A stretch of DNA of 63,856 nt, counting the filler, from Thelocarpon superellum (Eukaryota), in NCBI GenBank assembly GCA_026025795.1. It is 2 parts of 2 records of this genome, joined end to end, with 100 filler letters (N's around TTAATTAATTAA, not from the genome) between each part and the next. Parts side by side here need not be neighbours in the genome. Positions count along the whole stretch, not along the records: positions 1 to 31,996 come from JAPEUG010000185.1; positions 32,097 to 63,856 come from JAPEUG010000188.1. One strand, given 5' to 3'. Under the pieces are notes generated by a model, which saw only the letters and a list, made by a program, of their open reading frames with translations, ran no database searches and was not told the DNA's origin. The stretch's first letter is position 1. Every line of letters starts with the position of its first letter. A program made the translations under genes and the position numbers. Positions 24,719 to 36,804 of this stretch are shown here, in pieces.

Positions 24719-25886
24719 CACGGCGGGTGGTATGCCATGAGCATTTCCACGTTGGATGCAGGTGTCTCTAGTCAAGGAACCTCTCCTTTTCCTTTTGCCA
24801 TCGGTCATTGGCGTAGCCTGGGATACCGGGACGATCAGAGGAGTTGTCTATAGTGAAAAAGAAGACCAATTATTGCCCATGATCCCAAGTGACGTCTGCC
24901 CAGGCACATGCGATGCTGCGGAGATCGACGCATAGCGAGACCTGGGACATATCTGTGGGACTCCATTCACCAGCGCGCCCGAGTATTCCCCGCTGGCAAC
25001 TACAGCCGGCGATTCCATCTCCATGATCACATCAGCTCCGGTAGGGAGAGGATCGATCTGGGACAGGCGATGGCGACGCTTACGAGCAGCCTTCAGCGGT
25101 CACTGTCTCTTTGCCAAACTGATCGGAGGTGGCGAAGCATACCTCAAACGAATACATCCTTGAGAGGTGGTGGTTCTTGAAGGGGAGAAGGCTCCAGCAA
25201 TCCGACCACTTGCTGCGTCGGAACGCGCGAGACAACAATAGCGCTTGTTGGGAGGTGATGGCTTTGATGGTCGAATTCGCGCTCTACGGTCATAGCCGCA
25301 GCCCTGCACACCAGGGCACATCTAGATTGGTAGTCTCACATCGTACTCCGGTTGGTAGTAGAGCCGCTCATCTGTGTCTTACGTCATGTGAACTGCTCAG
25401 GCTGGCGTTTGTTCCATGTTGCGTAAAATGTAGGACGTAGAAAGCTGACTACTTGATGGTCAGGGGCCCTGCAGATTAAACTATTGCGGGGAACGATTTA
25501 CTCCGCAGGGCCTCCGTACTTCTGAGATGGCCGATAGGTTTCCCGTGAGGTAGGATTTCTCAGCAGCGTCGAGGGTCCCGCCTAATGGTCAGTCCGAGTA
25601 GTGGCCGTGTCGAAGGGTTGACAGAGAGAGGATGGCGTGCGTCGGCAAGGGTCGAATTAGCGTTGCTGACAATTGCTGTCACCCAATGACGTCGGCGTTC
25701 GTGAGTCGGCAGGAACGGAAGCCCTCCGTATTCGTCTGTGGAGGGGAGTGACCAGAGATACTCGGCCGGGCCCAAGGGTGCCGAGGATGAAGCGAAGCAG
25801 TGGATTATCAAACATGGAATCGTCTAGCTGGCCGTTGCATGATTGCGTGATTGTCCACGAGGAGTGGGGGCCTTCTTGGGTGATGA

Positions 25887-25894
25887 TATATAAA
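25887..25894 (+). promoter_or_regulatory. TATA box upstream of the CmcJ-like gene
   Basis: TATATAAA about 110 nt upstream of the ATG at 26000 in an otherwise GC-rich region. Confidence 0.55.
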
Positions 25895-25999
25895 CGTCCT
25901 TGATTTGCCACAGATAGAAGTGATCGGGTTTGGCGGCGACACTCAACCTCCACTACGTCCACCATCGCTCAAGACCGTTCACTTCGCCTGCCGATCGAC

Positions 26000-26908
26000 A
26001 TGACCACTACCGCCCCCCTGCCCGCCACCCCGGCACATCAGCTCTCGTCGACCTTTGGGTCGAGCTCTCGGGAAGGGTGGCAAGATGCCAGTGCGCCGTC
26101 GATTCCCCGGGGCCCCGTCATCTCGACCCTCAACTTCTACACGGCCCCGGCTGACGGCTCAAAACCCTACAACTGGGTGGAGAAGCAGGCGGAAGGGGTG
26201 CCCCAGCGCAACTATACGCTCACTCCGACCGAGGTGCAGCTGACCGATATTCGGGGTCGCGAGGAGCAATTCTCGCTCGATAACAACGCCTTTGAGGCCA
26301 TCTCGAATGTGGCCCCATCGGCCGAGAGGGATTTCGCCGACGACGAACATATCAAGCAGGTGTACTACCCGGAAATCGAGAAGCTTCTCCTCGACAATGT
26401 CCCAGGATCTCACCGGGTCTTCCTCTTTGACCACACCATTCGTCGGGCGGGCACCAATCGTACGCCGGTGATGGTGGCGCACGTCGACCAGACGGGCCCG
26501 TCGACGGCCGCGCGTGTACGTCTTCATCTGCCGGATGAGGCCGACACCCTCCTTGCCGGCCGCTACCGCATCATCAATGTGTGGCGCCCGCTCAACGGCC
26601 CGGTCGTGTCGTCGCCTCTAGGCTTTGCCGACTCTTCCTCCGCGGCGGAGGGCGATCTGGTGGGCGTCGAGCACCGTTATCCCGACCGCACGGGAGAGAC
26701 GGCAGGGGTGAAGCATAGCGCGGGGCAGAGGTGGCATTACTGGAGCGGGATGCAGAACGACGAGCGCTTGCTCCTGAAGTGCTACGACAGTGACCCGCGC
26801 GTTGCCGGACGCGAGCGGGTCCCGCACTCTGCCTTTACCCATCCAAGAACACCCGAGGGAGCTCCTGAACGAGAAAGCATTGAGGTACGGGCGTTGGTCT
26901 TTGGATGA
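26000..26908 (+). CDS. CmcJ/AsaB-like (cephem-methoxylase P8-related) putative Fe-dependent hydroxylase/desaturase
   Basis: Family motifs DIRGREEQFSLDNNAF, VYYPE, FDHTIRR, AHVDQT, RIINVWRPL, LLKCYDS, VPHSAF, RESIEVRALVF. Confidence 0.88.
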   Translation: MTTTAPLPATPAHQLSSTFGSSSREGWQDASAPSIPRGPVISTLNFYTAPADGSKPYNWVEKQAEGVPQRNYTLTPTEVQLTDIRGREEQFSLDNNAFEAISNVAPSAERDFADDEHIKQVYYPEIEKLLLDNVPGSHRVFLFDHTIRRAGTNRTPVMVAHVDQTGPSTAARVRLHLPDEADTLLAGRYRIINVWRPLNGPVVSSPLGFADSSSAAEGDLVGVEHRYPDRTGETAGVKHSAGQRWHYWSGMQNDERLLLKCYDSDPRVAGRERVPHSAFTHPRTPEGAPERESIEVRALVFG

Positions 26909-27440
26909 TATGATGCAATCGAGAATGGATGGAGGACTCTAGATATTGGCGCGTAAGAGCGTATTGTTGTGATGAACGGAACGGTACCTTTCCTCTCGAA
27001 GACGCGATTGGGGGGACTCCCTGCACGTCGGATAACCTCTTATCATACGCGAGGCGGGCGATTTGTTAGGAATGCTTCCGTACCCGGGAGCGCTCCCGGT
27101 CTGGTACGACAGTTGAACGATGAGTCGGGAGGGCCCTCGTCCAATCATTTCCCTGCCCCTCATCCTCCAGTAGTTAGGCGAGAATCTTGTCAACAAACAA
27201 CATTCTGTGACGACTCCGAAACCCAACACCACGTCGACGTCTATGAATATCTTTCCATTGGACGCGTCGTGGATGTAGCGGTGGTCGGATGCCAGCGGCA
27301 CCCCGATTGGCACTGTCCAAAGTGTTCCTTCCAACTGCCGGTGTTCTCAACCCCCCGTTCGACTGCTTCATTGTGTCGCCATCATTTGGTGATATCACCG
27401 AGGAGGACGGTCCCGCCAGACCTCCGGAAAGGCGTGCACG

Positions 27441-30400
27441 ATGGAATTCGGGCCTGAAGAATCCATCCTGTCCTCGTCGCCGGATCCTCTCGGCGATTCG
27501 CTGCAAAGCAGCCGGCCCTTTACGCCTACCAGGATCGTTCGGCACGACAGCGCCACTCCTCGCCCGACCAGCACCGGCCGGACCTTTCAGCTACCTGACT
27601 TTGTCCTGAACACGCCTCAGACTCAGCGAAGATCGCAGAGCGCCTCTCCGTCCAAGCTCAGTGCAACCAAAGAAAGTGCGATCAGTCCATGGCGCTTCAG
27701 AGTGACCGTGGAGGCCGAGCGGGAGGATGAAGCAGAGCAATGCTACGACAATACGCCGGGCTCCCGAGTCCGGATGTCACGATCTCCTAGCCGAAGCATT
27801 GTGTGGCCGCGGCCGTCCACGACACGGACGATGACGATACCCGTCAAGGGCCTGGAGTCATCGCCGCCCCAGCCGGTGAGACGCCGTGGCCGACCGCGGA
27901 AGACGGACATCACCCCGACGAAGAAAACACCGAGCCCGGCGACCAAAAACGGAAGACGAAGAAAGACAATCGGCGCCACGGTTGACGCGGTGGATGATGA
28001 CGAGGATAGTGATCTAGCCTTTGACCTGACCCCACGACGGGGCCCAGGACGGCGGAGGAGGTCAACCCTCATCCAAACCCGGAAACCTTCCAACATCGAG
28101 AACATCTTGAGAGGCGAGTCGCTGGACCGAGAATTGGAGACCGAGTTTGAGTCCGCACTAGTCGTGTCGAACGCGGCGACGAAGAAGGAGAAGAAGAAGC
28201 GAAGCCGTCGGAAAGCCATGAGCCCGGTGGAGATAGCCGAGGACGATGACGCGGATCCCGTCATATCATCGGCAACTTCGACACGCGTCGATCACGAGTC
28301 TGAAGAGGTCAACCCACTAGGGGAGCTCCACCTGAATCGCGTCCGTTCCTTCTCGAATCGAAGCTCTGAGCCTCCGACACAAGGACCGACGGATCTTGAC
28401 GACGTACCAAAGGAGCCGGAGGTGAAGGACGCCGGCCTCGACCTCAGATTCAGTCCGGCCAAGAAAACACCACAGAAGCCGCGATCGTCCGATGATCTTG
28501 GTCAACGCGCGATCATCGACCACAGCAGTAGCAGACATACTTATCCCACGCCTGATCCTTCGCAAGGATCCGAGACCGACCAGATGTCCCTCTATCCAGA
28601 GCTACCGTCCGTGGAGGTGGAGGATGAGCCGTCGATGATGAGGCTAGGGGAGATGGACTCCATCCTCGACAGTGAGGGCTTCAGTATGGTCTCGATGGAT
28701 TCAATTCCATCCGTGAGAGAGCATCTCAGCAGCCCAATGGTCAACCAGCCCCGAGAAAATCATTTACAGGACACTTCACGGGTTTCGATATCAAGCGTGG
28801 ATTTGGTGCAAGACAATGCGGGACCCGGAACTCAGCAACGTGTTGAGGCCGAGCTCAACACTCCAGTCAAGGAAGCTTCCCAGCCCCTTGACACCTCTGC
28901 CTCTTGTGGATTGGAGAGCATGCGAGCATCTCTAATCCCAGCGCGTGGCGGGTTGGAGTCCACAACCCGGCTTGCTTTGACGAAACCGATGGCGAACCTC
29001 GTCTCTGCCGAGCCTCCTCGGTCGTCGCCTCCGGTTCGACCGTTGGCCTTATCGGACTATTCCCAGATGTCGCACCAACAGACGCCGTCTATCACTTTCT
29101 CGTCGCCCTCTCTGCCGCCGCCTCTCCCCGTAGCTCAAGCAGCACGTCGGCCGAGTCTGGCTCCATCTTCGGATCGCAGCCACGCTCAGGGGGCCAAGGA
29201 GAAGACTCCAAAGCTATCCCGTGTGGTAGGGGCAGGGATCGCCTTGCAGAGCGTTCTTGGCACTAAAGCACGCTTGGGAAGTCCCTTCACCAGTCCAGCG
29301 AGGGTCCAGCAGACCCCTCCGAAACCGATGGCGGCGATGATTGGAAATTGGTTTCTGGGCAGCAAATCCGATCATAATTTGGATTCAAAAAGTGAATCCG
29401 ATCACGGCAAAGGCAAGGCCGTCGAAGAGGATGTCCGCGTGTCGATGGTATCGGGCCCAACCAATGATGACGTCTTCACTCCGGACGAGTCACCCGCCAT
29501 CACGATTACCAAGGTTCCCCGCTGTGAGAGCAGGGCCGAGTACGCCTTACGCATGCCATGCAGCAAGTCCAAGGATCCAGACATGTCGATTGACGGCGTT
29601 TCCGTGATGCCGTCTCGAAAGGAGGAGCTCAAATTGGACCCGGTGCTTGAAGATGGAGACGAAATGTCATGGCGATACGATACACCGGTAAAGAAGCTGA
29701 ACTCGTCCACAATCGTGGCAAAGGATGCCACGGTGGTGAAGCGGCAGGACGAGAAGACCCTTCAGAATCCTTCCAGACATGAAGGCTTGAATCCTCGAGA
29801 GGCTCAGTGGCAGAAGGAACGTGAAGCGGTCAGCCACCAGATCGACCATGCTAAGCCTGGAGAGGTCATCGTCATCGATGATACGACCGTGTCGTCCGGC
29901 AACGAGTCGACGTCGGTCGACCTGTCGGAGCTACAGCTTCAAGGCGACTCTCTCCGGGTGTCAGAGGACATCTGGCAGATGCAGATGGCCGCCTATCCGT
30001 CGGGGTTCGAAGACGAGGACGAGACTCCGAGCAATCCGGATCACTTTCTACCCGCTGTGTCAAGGGAGAAGGTCGCCACGGGAGTGACGAATGAGGTCGG
30101 ACAAGAGAACGAGTTGCAGGTCCATTCGGAGGTTACAGTGGAAGTTAGATCCGAACATAGATCCGAGGTCCGGTCGGAGGTCCGGCCCGAGACCAAGACA
30201 GATTCCAAAGAGGACAAGCCGGAGACCGAAGAGCATGTTCAACCAGCAAAGGGACGGAGCGGGTACGAGCTGAAATCGATCTTCAACATCCGATCCTTTT
30301 GGTCGTCAAAGAGCGATTTACAGGAGAAGAGTCATATGTCCCCCCAAAGGACGGTCAAAGAGGATGAGCAGGATGAGCAGGATGAGCAGGATGAGCCGAA

Positions 30401-31148
30401 GGAGGACGAGGACGAGGAGGGCGAGAGGGGAGAGGACAGCGAGGACAGCAACACGGTATCGTGGGACTCGCATCTGTCATTGGAGGAAGCGTCTTCTCCA
30501 GCGGCAGAAACACTCAAAGTCCCATCGCCACCGACAGCCGCGCGTTCATCGCCAGAAGCACCCAAGCATCTCTCACCACAACCTATCGACCTCTCAGCCA
30601 CCTCTTCACCGAAACCCATCACCCCATCCGTGACTTCGTCTCCTTCCATCGCCACCACGTCGACCAGCTCACCTTGTCCCATGCCTGACAGGTCAGTATG
30701 CCAAAGCCTGAAAACGACGGGTGATAAATGGCAAAAGACGCACTGGCGCGCGCTGCAATCACTCGTCCTCGCCACCCCATCCTCGACCTTCTCGCCACTC
30801 CTTCGCTACCCCAACCCGCCACCGCCTCTCCCATGGTTCTCGCCGAGTGACCTCGCTCACACCACCCCACCGCTGGTGAATGCGTCCGCGGACCTGCTCA
30901 ACTTACTCAACCGCTCTCTCCGCGGAGGTAGTGGCGATAGTGGAAACAGCGACAAAGGAGGAGCAGCGGGAGGGGGAGGGAGGAAGTGCATCATCCTCGG
31001 CCCCACGGAACTAAGTCTCATCTCGCAGTTTCAGGAGCGGGTACGATGCGATAACGAGGGGAGGGATGCATGGGACGCCTTCTATGTCGCCAGGAGGCTC
31101 GTGGCGCTCTTGATTGGAGCCGAGCGTCGGACACGACCACATGACTGA
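27441..31148 (+). CDS. Large disordered AT-hook-containing protein, 1235 aa
   Basis: Intronless ORF; SPWRFRVTVEAE block, AT-hook RRRGRPRK, small W-rich C-terminal domain. Confidence 0.8.
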   Translation: MEFGPEESILSSSPDPLGDSLQSSRPFTPTRIVRHDSATPRPTSTGRTFQLPDFVLNTPQTQRRSQSASPSKLSATKESAISPWRFRVTVEAEREDEAEQCYDNTPGSRVRMSRSPSRSIVWPRPSTTRTMTIPVKGLESSPPQPVRRRGRPRKTDITPTKKTPSPATKNGRRRKTIGATVDAVDDDEDSDLAFDLTPRRGPGRRRRSTLIQTRKPSNIENILRGESLDRELETEFESALVVSNAATKKEKKKRSRRKAMSPVEIAEDDDADPVISSATSTRVDHESEEVNPLGELHLNRVRSFSNRSSEPPTQGPTDLDDVPKEPEVKDAGLDLRFSPAKKTPQKPRSSDDLGQRAIIDHSSSRHTYPTPDPSQGSETDQMSLYPELPSVEVEDEPSMMRLGEMDSILDSEGFSMVSMDSIPSVREHLSSPMVNQPRENHLQDTSRVSISSVDLVQDNAGPGTQQRVEAELNTPVKEASQPLDTSASCGLESMRASLIPARGGLESTTRLALTKPMANLVSAEPPRSSPPVRPLALSDYSQMSHQQTPSITFSSPSLPPPLPVAQAARRPSLAPSSDRSHAQGAKEKTPKLSRVVGAGIALQSVLGTKARLGSPFTSPARVQQTPPKPMAAMIGNWFLGSKSDHNLDSKSESDHGKGKAVEEDVRVSMVSGPTNDDVFTPDESPAITITKVPRCESRAEYALRMPCSKSKDPDMSIDGVSVMPSRKEELKLDPVLEDGDEMSWRYDTPVKKLNSSTIVAKDATVVKRQDEKTLQNPSRHEGLNPREAQWQKEREAVSHQIDHAKPGEVIVIDDTTVSSGNESTSVDLSELQLQGDSLRVSEDIWQMQMAAYPSGFEDEDETPSNPDHFLPAVSREKVATGVTNEVGQENELQVHSEVTVEVRSEHRSEVRSEVRPETKTDSKEDKPETEEHVQPAKGRSGYELKSIFNIRSFWSSKSDLQEKSHMSPQRTVKEDEQDEQDEQDEPKEDEDEEGERGEDSEDSNTVSWDSHLSLEEASSPAAETLKVPSPPTAARSSPEAPKHLSPQPIDLSATSSPKPITPSVTSSPSIATTSTSSPCPMPDRSVCQSLKTTGDKWQKTHWRALQSLVLATPSSTFSPLLRYPNPPPPLPWFSPSDLAHTTPPLVNASADLLNLLNRSLRGGSGDSGNSDKGGAAGGGGRKCIILGPTELSLISQFQERVRCDNEGRDAWDAFYVARRLVALLIGAERRTRPHD

Positions 31149-31544
31149 GGAAGGAGGAGGACAAGGAAGAAGAGTAGGAGGAGGGGGTCTCTTTAAAGTG
31201 CAGACTGTATGGAGCAAACGTTTTGGTGTACCATGTCCACGACCCACGATGGACTGCCTGCGCTTCTCATGTCGCTCTTGTGCAAGAACGACCGTGAATC
31301 TGACTGAACTTGTATCTAGGCGGATTGGCCTGGCCGTCGTCGTCGTCTTCGAGTATTTCACCGGCGGCGCAACAACCTCGATCGTAGCGAAAAGAGTCCC
31401 CATGTCATTTCATCCCAAGGCACAGCTATAGCGGTAGCTAAGGCCATGAAAGACTAAAGCAATAAAGGAAGACGGGCAAAGGGGGAGAAAAAGAGGGAAG
31501 GAGGGAGGGAAAGAGGGGGAAAGCATCGGTGAGTGACATCCTCA

Positions 31545-31996
31545 TCAAACGCTCAACTCGACGTCCTCGACCACTTTACCCCATACATCGTACACTCTCC
31601 CCCTTCTCTTTCCCTTTCCCTTTCCCTTTCCCTTGGCTCCCGCGCCGTCGTCGGCTCGGTCTTCGTACCCGCCGCTCTTCTCCTCCTCTCCTTCGTATCC
31701 CCATCTCCCGAGCCCGTCGGCAAACACCTCCTCGTCATAGTCACGGCAGAGATCGCGCCACGATAGCCATGTCTCGCTTGCGGTCCACGCGCCGCCGTGG
31801 CCGCCTCGCGCGTCGTATCCTCCTTTCCTGTCTCTACCGTCCAACTTCTCCTTGTCTCCCCCGTGTTGGTCGCGGCTGGCGCTGTGGCTGTTCGGAGGCG
31901 GACGGTGGTGAGCATCGTAGGGATGCGTAGAGAGATACAGAAACGACCTCGCGTGCGGCTGGTACCACATCTTGCTCCACCACGTCTCGAGATAGG
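31545..31996 (-). CDS. 3' part of a hypothetical protein truncated by the assembly spacer
   Basis: Frame is open from the gap: YLETWWSKMWYQPHARSFLYLST...WRDLCRDYDEEVFADGLGRW; stop at 31545. Confidence 0.6.
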
Positions 31997-32096
31997 NNNN
32001 NNNNNNNNNNNNNNNNNNNNNNNNNNNNNNNNNNNNNNNNTTAATTAATTAANNNNNNNNNNNNNNNNNNNNNNNNNNNNNNNNNNNNNNNNNNNN
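31997..32096. other. Artificial contig-joining spacer
   Basis: 44 N + TTAATTAATTAA (stops in all six frames) + 44 N = exactly 100 nt. Confidence 0.97.
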
Positions 32097-33632
32097 CAAC
32101 GGCTCCCATTTTGATGGTGGTGCGGGGTTTGTGAACGGTGTGTGTGTGAGTTTTTGAGTGGTGGGTTGTGCGGTGGTCAACTTCAACGTTGGTCTCTTTT
32201 CCTGACTGTAGAGAAGCTTGGATTGATGTGAGGATGGAGAAGAAGGTGAGAGGAGTGGCAGTTGACGCGGTTCAAGTAGTCTCCGGAAAGATAGTGCGCA
32301 ACGCCGCAAAGTAGCGAAAACAAGGTGTTGTCATAGTCGACGGCTGGGGGAGCAAGGGAAAGAAGAGGTCAGGCGCCGGGGACGCGAGAGCATGGACCAG
32401 TCACAGCCAAGCATTCACGCTCTTCGCCGACAGGATCGCCCTATGATGTCATTCCGTCGTGTTGCACCCTGGCCTGATGCCTTTTACCTTTTTCCTCGCG
32501 TCACGGCAAGTGAAGGTCCCAGTTAGACTTGCCTCATTGTAGTTACGTTTGGTATGCCCCTCTCGGTAATGGGTGCTTCATATTGATGTGTTATGCTCAG
32601 CTCCTTGCTCGCGGCTCACTCCCCTCCCACTCATACCATGTCATCATCGTTGCAGGTCAGCTACGGATCTTCCTCCACGCACTCCCCTTACGATCAAATC
32701 TCAGCGAACAAATTCAGCAGGATCAACGTCAAGATCCGTGGAGCGACCGACACTCGAACATCCCGGACGGACGAGTGCCGGGAAGATGGCGGGCTTTTTG
32801 GCCAGTTGGAGCTTCGCCTGCGCTTTTCCACTGGACGGACGGAGCGCATGACGCCAGAGGGCGGGCAAAGTGTGGCTGGCCGCTAAGGGCGACGTCGCTA
32901 AGGAGAGACCGCCAAAAACCGGGAAGTGGGAGATTACAGTGAAATTCGATGCGCGGCGCTAGGCGAGTCATGTTGAGCCACACCTACTGCGCCACATGTG
33001 GACCCTCTCCCTACAGCTGTGGCTGGTGATTCACCCGATCCCTCCCTCTTCGGGCCTGGTGTCCGAGGTATGACGTCGAGGAGCATGAGACATGGTGGCG
33101 AGGCTGACCATCTCGCTTTGATCGGCTCCGGGGCGTTCATGGGGATCTCTCTTCGCGGCGCTCCCGGGCAACGACATCATCGGTGTGGCGTTCAAGGCTA
33201 TTGATGGTCTCATTGGACCTCTAGCCATGGTGCGTGGCAGTGGGCAAGTAGATTGTGCGGTAGATACGGACCGGTCGTATTTCTGATTCTATTTGTAGCA
33301 AGCATACGCTACATGCCATACGACAGCAGCGGCGTCGGTCCTGCACAGAAATAGCACGAGAGTTGGCTGCTGGCAGCCATGGTTCATATGGGGCACTCTT
33401 GAAATAGCTGAAAAAGAAAGCAGCTCCAGACGCGACTTTTAGGACTTTCCCTAGGAGAGTTGTGAATGCACTATTCAAGAGACATGGAGCTTTCACAACA
33501 CATCGCCGAGCCCGACGTGAATCACGGAGACCCTCCGCACTTTTGACCCTCTCCCTTCGACACATCTGGACAAACTCTGGAGCACTTCAAACAGCTGTTT
33601 CAAACAGTTTTTCTTTTTCGCATCCACACATC

Positions 33633-34605
33633 ATGATGAAGCCGTCCAGAGTAGCTGGCCGAATGGACAACTCAAATCTCACTCCCATCAAGATCCGAGG
33701 AAAGCGACGACAAGTTGGGAAGGATCAGTTGCCAAAGAAAAAGGTCAGCGTGGAGTCGCGTTCTCAGTCCTGTCAGCTGATCAGGACAGACGCCGTCCGC
33801 CCCGGCTTCGAGGCGACTCTCGCCCCTGAACGGGTCCAGGGAACACCAGCGGAAGCGGCCCCCTGCCAGACTACCCCGAACCAAACTCCTCTCGCCTCTC
33901 GAACGTCTGCCTACGGAGCTGCTCCAGCGCATCTTTCTCCTGTCGATGAACCTGGAGCTCCCTTTCGTCTCTCGACACGTCAACAGGGACCTGTCCAGCA
34001 CATATGTGTTCCTCAACTGTGCGTTACACGCCTTCCAGCCCGCGTTGATTGGGGGCGCCCCGGATGCCGCGCTCCAGAGCGCGGTGTTATCGAGAAAGTG
34101 GATGACGCAACAGCTATGGCGTGAGCTACGGCCGCAATTAGAGCACTCAAAGGGCGAAAAGTACCGATTTGCGTCCGACGCACAGATCCCGACCAAGATC
34201 CTCCAAGGACCATCGATCTCTCCACGAGACGCAGACGCACGAGCAAGCTTCCTGGCGGATCTCGTGGCTCACGGGGCGCAGGTCGATTGGATGGGCACCA
34301 CCGCGGGGGAGGTCGCCACGGCCGGCCTGTACGATGCAATCCAGCAGGGGCATGTGGAGTACGTGGGGCTCTTGGTTGGAGACGGCGTCAATGTGCCCGT
34401 GACGGTTGATGTCGTGCGGTGGGCGGTGATGCATGTGGATTTTAGTCGAGGAGTCGTCCAGTCCCTCATAGCAGCGGCCTTGAGCAATCTGCGCCCGGAC
34501 AAATGTGCAGACATCCTGGAGGACCCCGTGCTGCGGGAGTGGGCGACTCAGCAGAGAGACGCCGGGAATCCGGACGGACAGTGGTATCTACAGGCGCTTA
34601 CATGA
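33633..34605 (+). CDS. Hypothetical protein with F-box-like motif, 2 exons
   Basis: Exon 1 ...TPIKIRGKRR...KKK, intron 33744-33789 (GTCAGC...GCTGAT...CAG), then LSPLERLPTELLQRIFLLSMNLELP. Confidence 0.7.
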
Positions 34606-34956
34606 GGGTACAAGGCGATCGTCCCCACGCCTTAGAACGCTCGGTGTCGTGTTCATGCATCAATGGACAAGCGGACAGCTTTGCAGTCCGCATATGATAC
34701 CCTAAGCCCAGCACGAGTCACTTTCATCATCGTGACGCCTTTCACCTGTCCCTACCCAGGCCCGTCCCCAAGTATCACAGCCATCACTGACACGACAACG
34801 CATGTCGGGATCGATCCACTGCCACAGGTACAGATTTCAACATCAGTGTAGTCGATCCCGTGGAGATACTGGAGGACCCCCTACTACAGAAACGTTGTAA
34901 GAATAAACGTACAAATATCCAGACGCCGGATGGGTCGCCCCAAGTACCAACGATGT

Positions 34957-36804
34957 CTATCCACGATCCGTGTAATCCGCAAAATTGTGCAAGCTGATAT
35001 CCATGCGGTCGCGCACCGGCTGTTCCTCTGCGTCAGGGCTGCGGGCACGTTTGTGCCCATTACCATTCCGCACCGACGCCTGCTCCGCATTGACGTCTTT
35101 GCCCGTGTGGGGCTCTGCATCCTCGTGCGCCTCACCACCAGCGGCACCCGGACGACGACTCGAATCGATCTCGGCGTCTTTGGCGGACATGCTCACCTCA
35201 TCCAAGGTAGCCGAGCCATTGCTGACGACCTCGCGCGCCTCCTCGAGCATCTTCCGCCGCCTACCCTGACCACGAAGGAGATCCAATCGCTGGAAATAGT
35301 CCTGGTCGACCGGCGTGACGTATCTGCCGCAGAAGACGCCGACTTCGAATTTCTGGGTGGCGGGGTTCCGAGGCGAGAGCTCGGCGCAGGCCGCGATCAG
35401 GTCGTCCAGTGTCTGGTAGATTACGTCGTCTGCTCCAATCGCCTCGGCGATGGCGCGGCGATCACGATTGTGCGCGACGAGTTCTCGTGGTGAGGCCAAG
35501 TCGATGCCATAGATATGTGCGTGTCTGTGTTTGACTCGTCAGTACTTGGCTCGTGACCTGGGCCGGGGAGCTAACGTGATGGGCGGTGAACAGCTCGCGA
35601 AGAACACCTTCTTGGCTCCAGCCTCGCGGGCCATGATCACGATCTCTTTGCTCGTGGTACCCCGTACGATACTGTCGTCGACGAGCAGGACATTGCGACC
35701 TTCAAACTCAGCCTTCATGGCGTTGAGCTTCCGTCGCACACTCTTCTGTCGAGCTCTCTGCTCGGACATGATGAAGGTGCGAAAGATGTATCGATTTTTG
35801 ATAAAGGCTGCGCAGTGGGGGATCTTGAGGTACTCTGCTACAAGGAGTGCCGCGGTGTTGGACGTCTCGGGGATGGGAATGACCACGTCAATCTCTTGGA
35901 CCGCTTCGGGGCCAAGTGTCTTGTCGATGGTTTGGGCTAATTTGATGCCCATGTTCTGCCGACTCCGATGGACGCTGATGCCGTCAATGACGGTATCCGG
36001 ACGCGCAAAGTAGACGAATTCAAAGATGTCGGGTGCATAGGCTCGTTGCGGCACAACCTGACGGAAGGTGGGCGGCGAGCCCTTGCTGATTATGACGGCT
36101 TGGCCGGGTTCGATGTCGACCTGGCTGTGGAAATCCAATTGATCCAGAGCGACGGACTCCGACGCCAGCATGTAGTCGACGCCGGTGCCGCCGGCCGCGG
36201 GACGCGAACCAAGGATGAGCGGCCGGATGCCGTAGGGATCCCGGAAGCCCATGAGACCGAAGCCCGCCAGCATGGCGGTGCAGGCCCAGCCGCCAACGCA
36301 GCGCTGGTACATGCGATGCAGGCTGGCGAAGAGGTCCTCTTCGTTGACACGCGCCTTCTTGGTCTCGTTGAGCTCGTTGGCAAAGACATTGAGCATCAGC
36401 TCGCTGTCGCTGTCCGTGTTGATGTGGCGGTGGGCCTCAAAGTCCAGGAAGTGCTTCAGCTCTCTGGCGTTGATGAGATTGCCGTTGTGGGCGAAGCAGA
36501 TGCCGTAGGGACTATTAACATAGAAGGGCTGTGCCTCAGCGTTGGCGCTGCTCCCTGCGGTGGGGTATCGCAGGTGACCCAGGCCCATGTACCCCGGGAG
36601 GTCAACGACGCGCGCTCCGTTTTGGAAGACGTTAGCGGCCATGCCGTTCCCTTTGCATTGGTAGATTCGGCCGCCGGTAGCACAGGTCGCGATCCCACAG
36701 GCATCTTGGCCTCGATGCTGCAGGTAGTAGAGGGCCTCGTGCAGGTCGACCGCGACAGAGGTGGATGAGGGGTCGGCCAGGATCACGGCGAGGATGCCGC
36801 ACAT
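34957..36804 (-). CDS. ADE4: Amidophosphoribosyltransferase, 2 coding exons
   Basis: N-terminal MCGI nucleophile, [38 protein letters not shown]-binding loop. Confidence 0.98.

Noticed and set aside
32097..32334. Possible 5' part of the truncated gene on the far side of the spacer
   Set aside because: The ATG frame closes after 20 codons, the open frame has only a TTG start, and linkage across the spacer is unproven.
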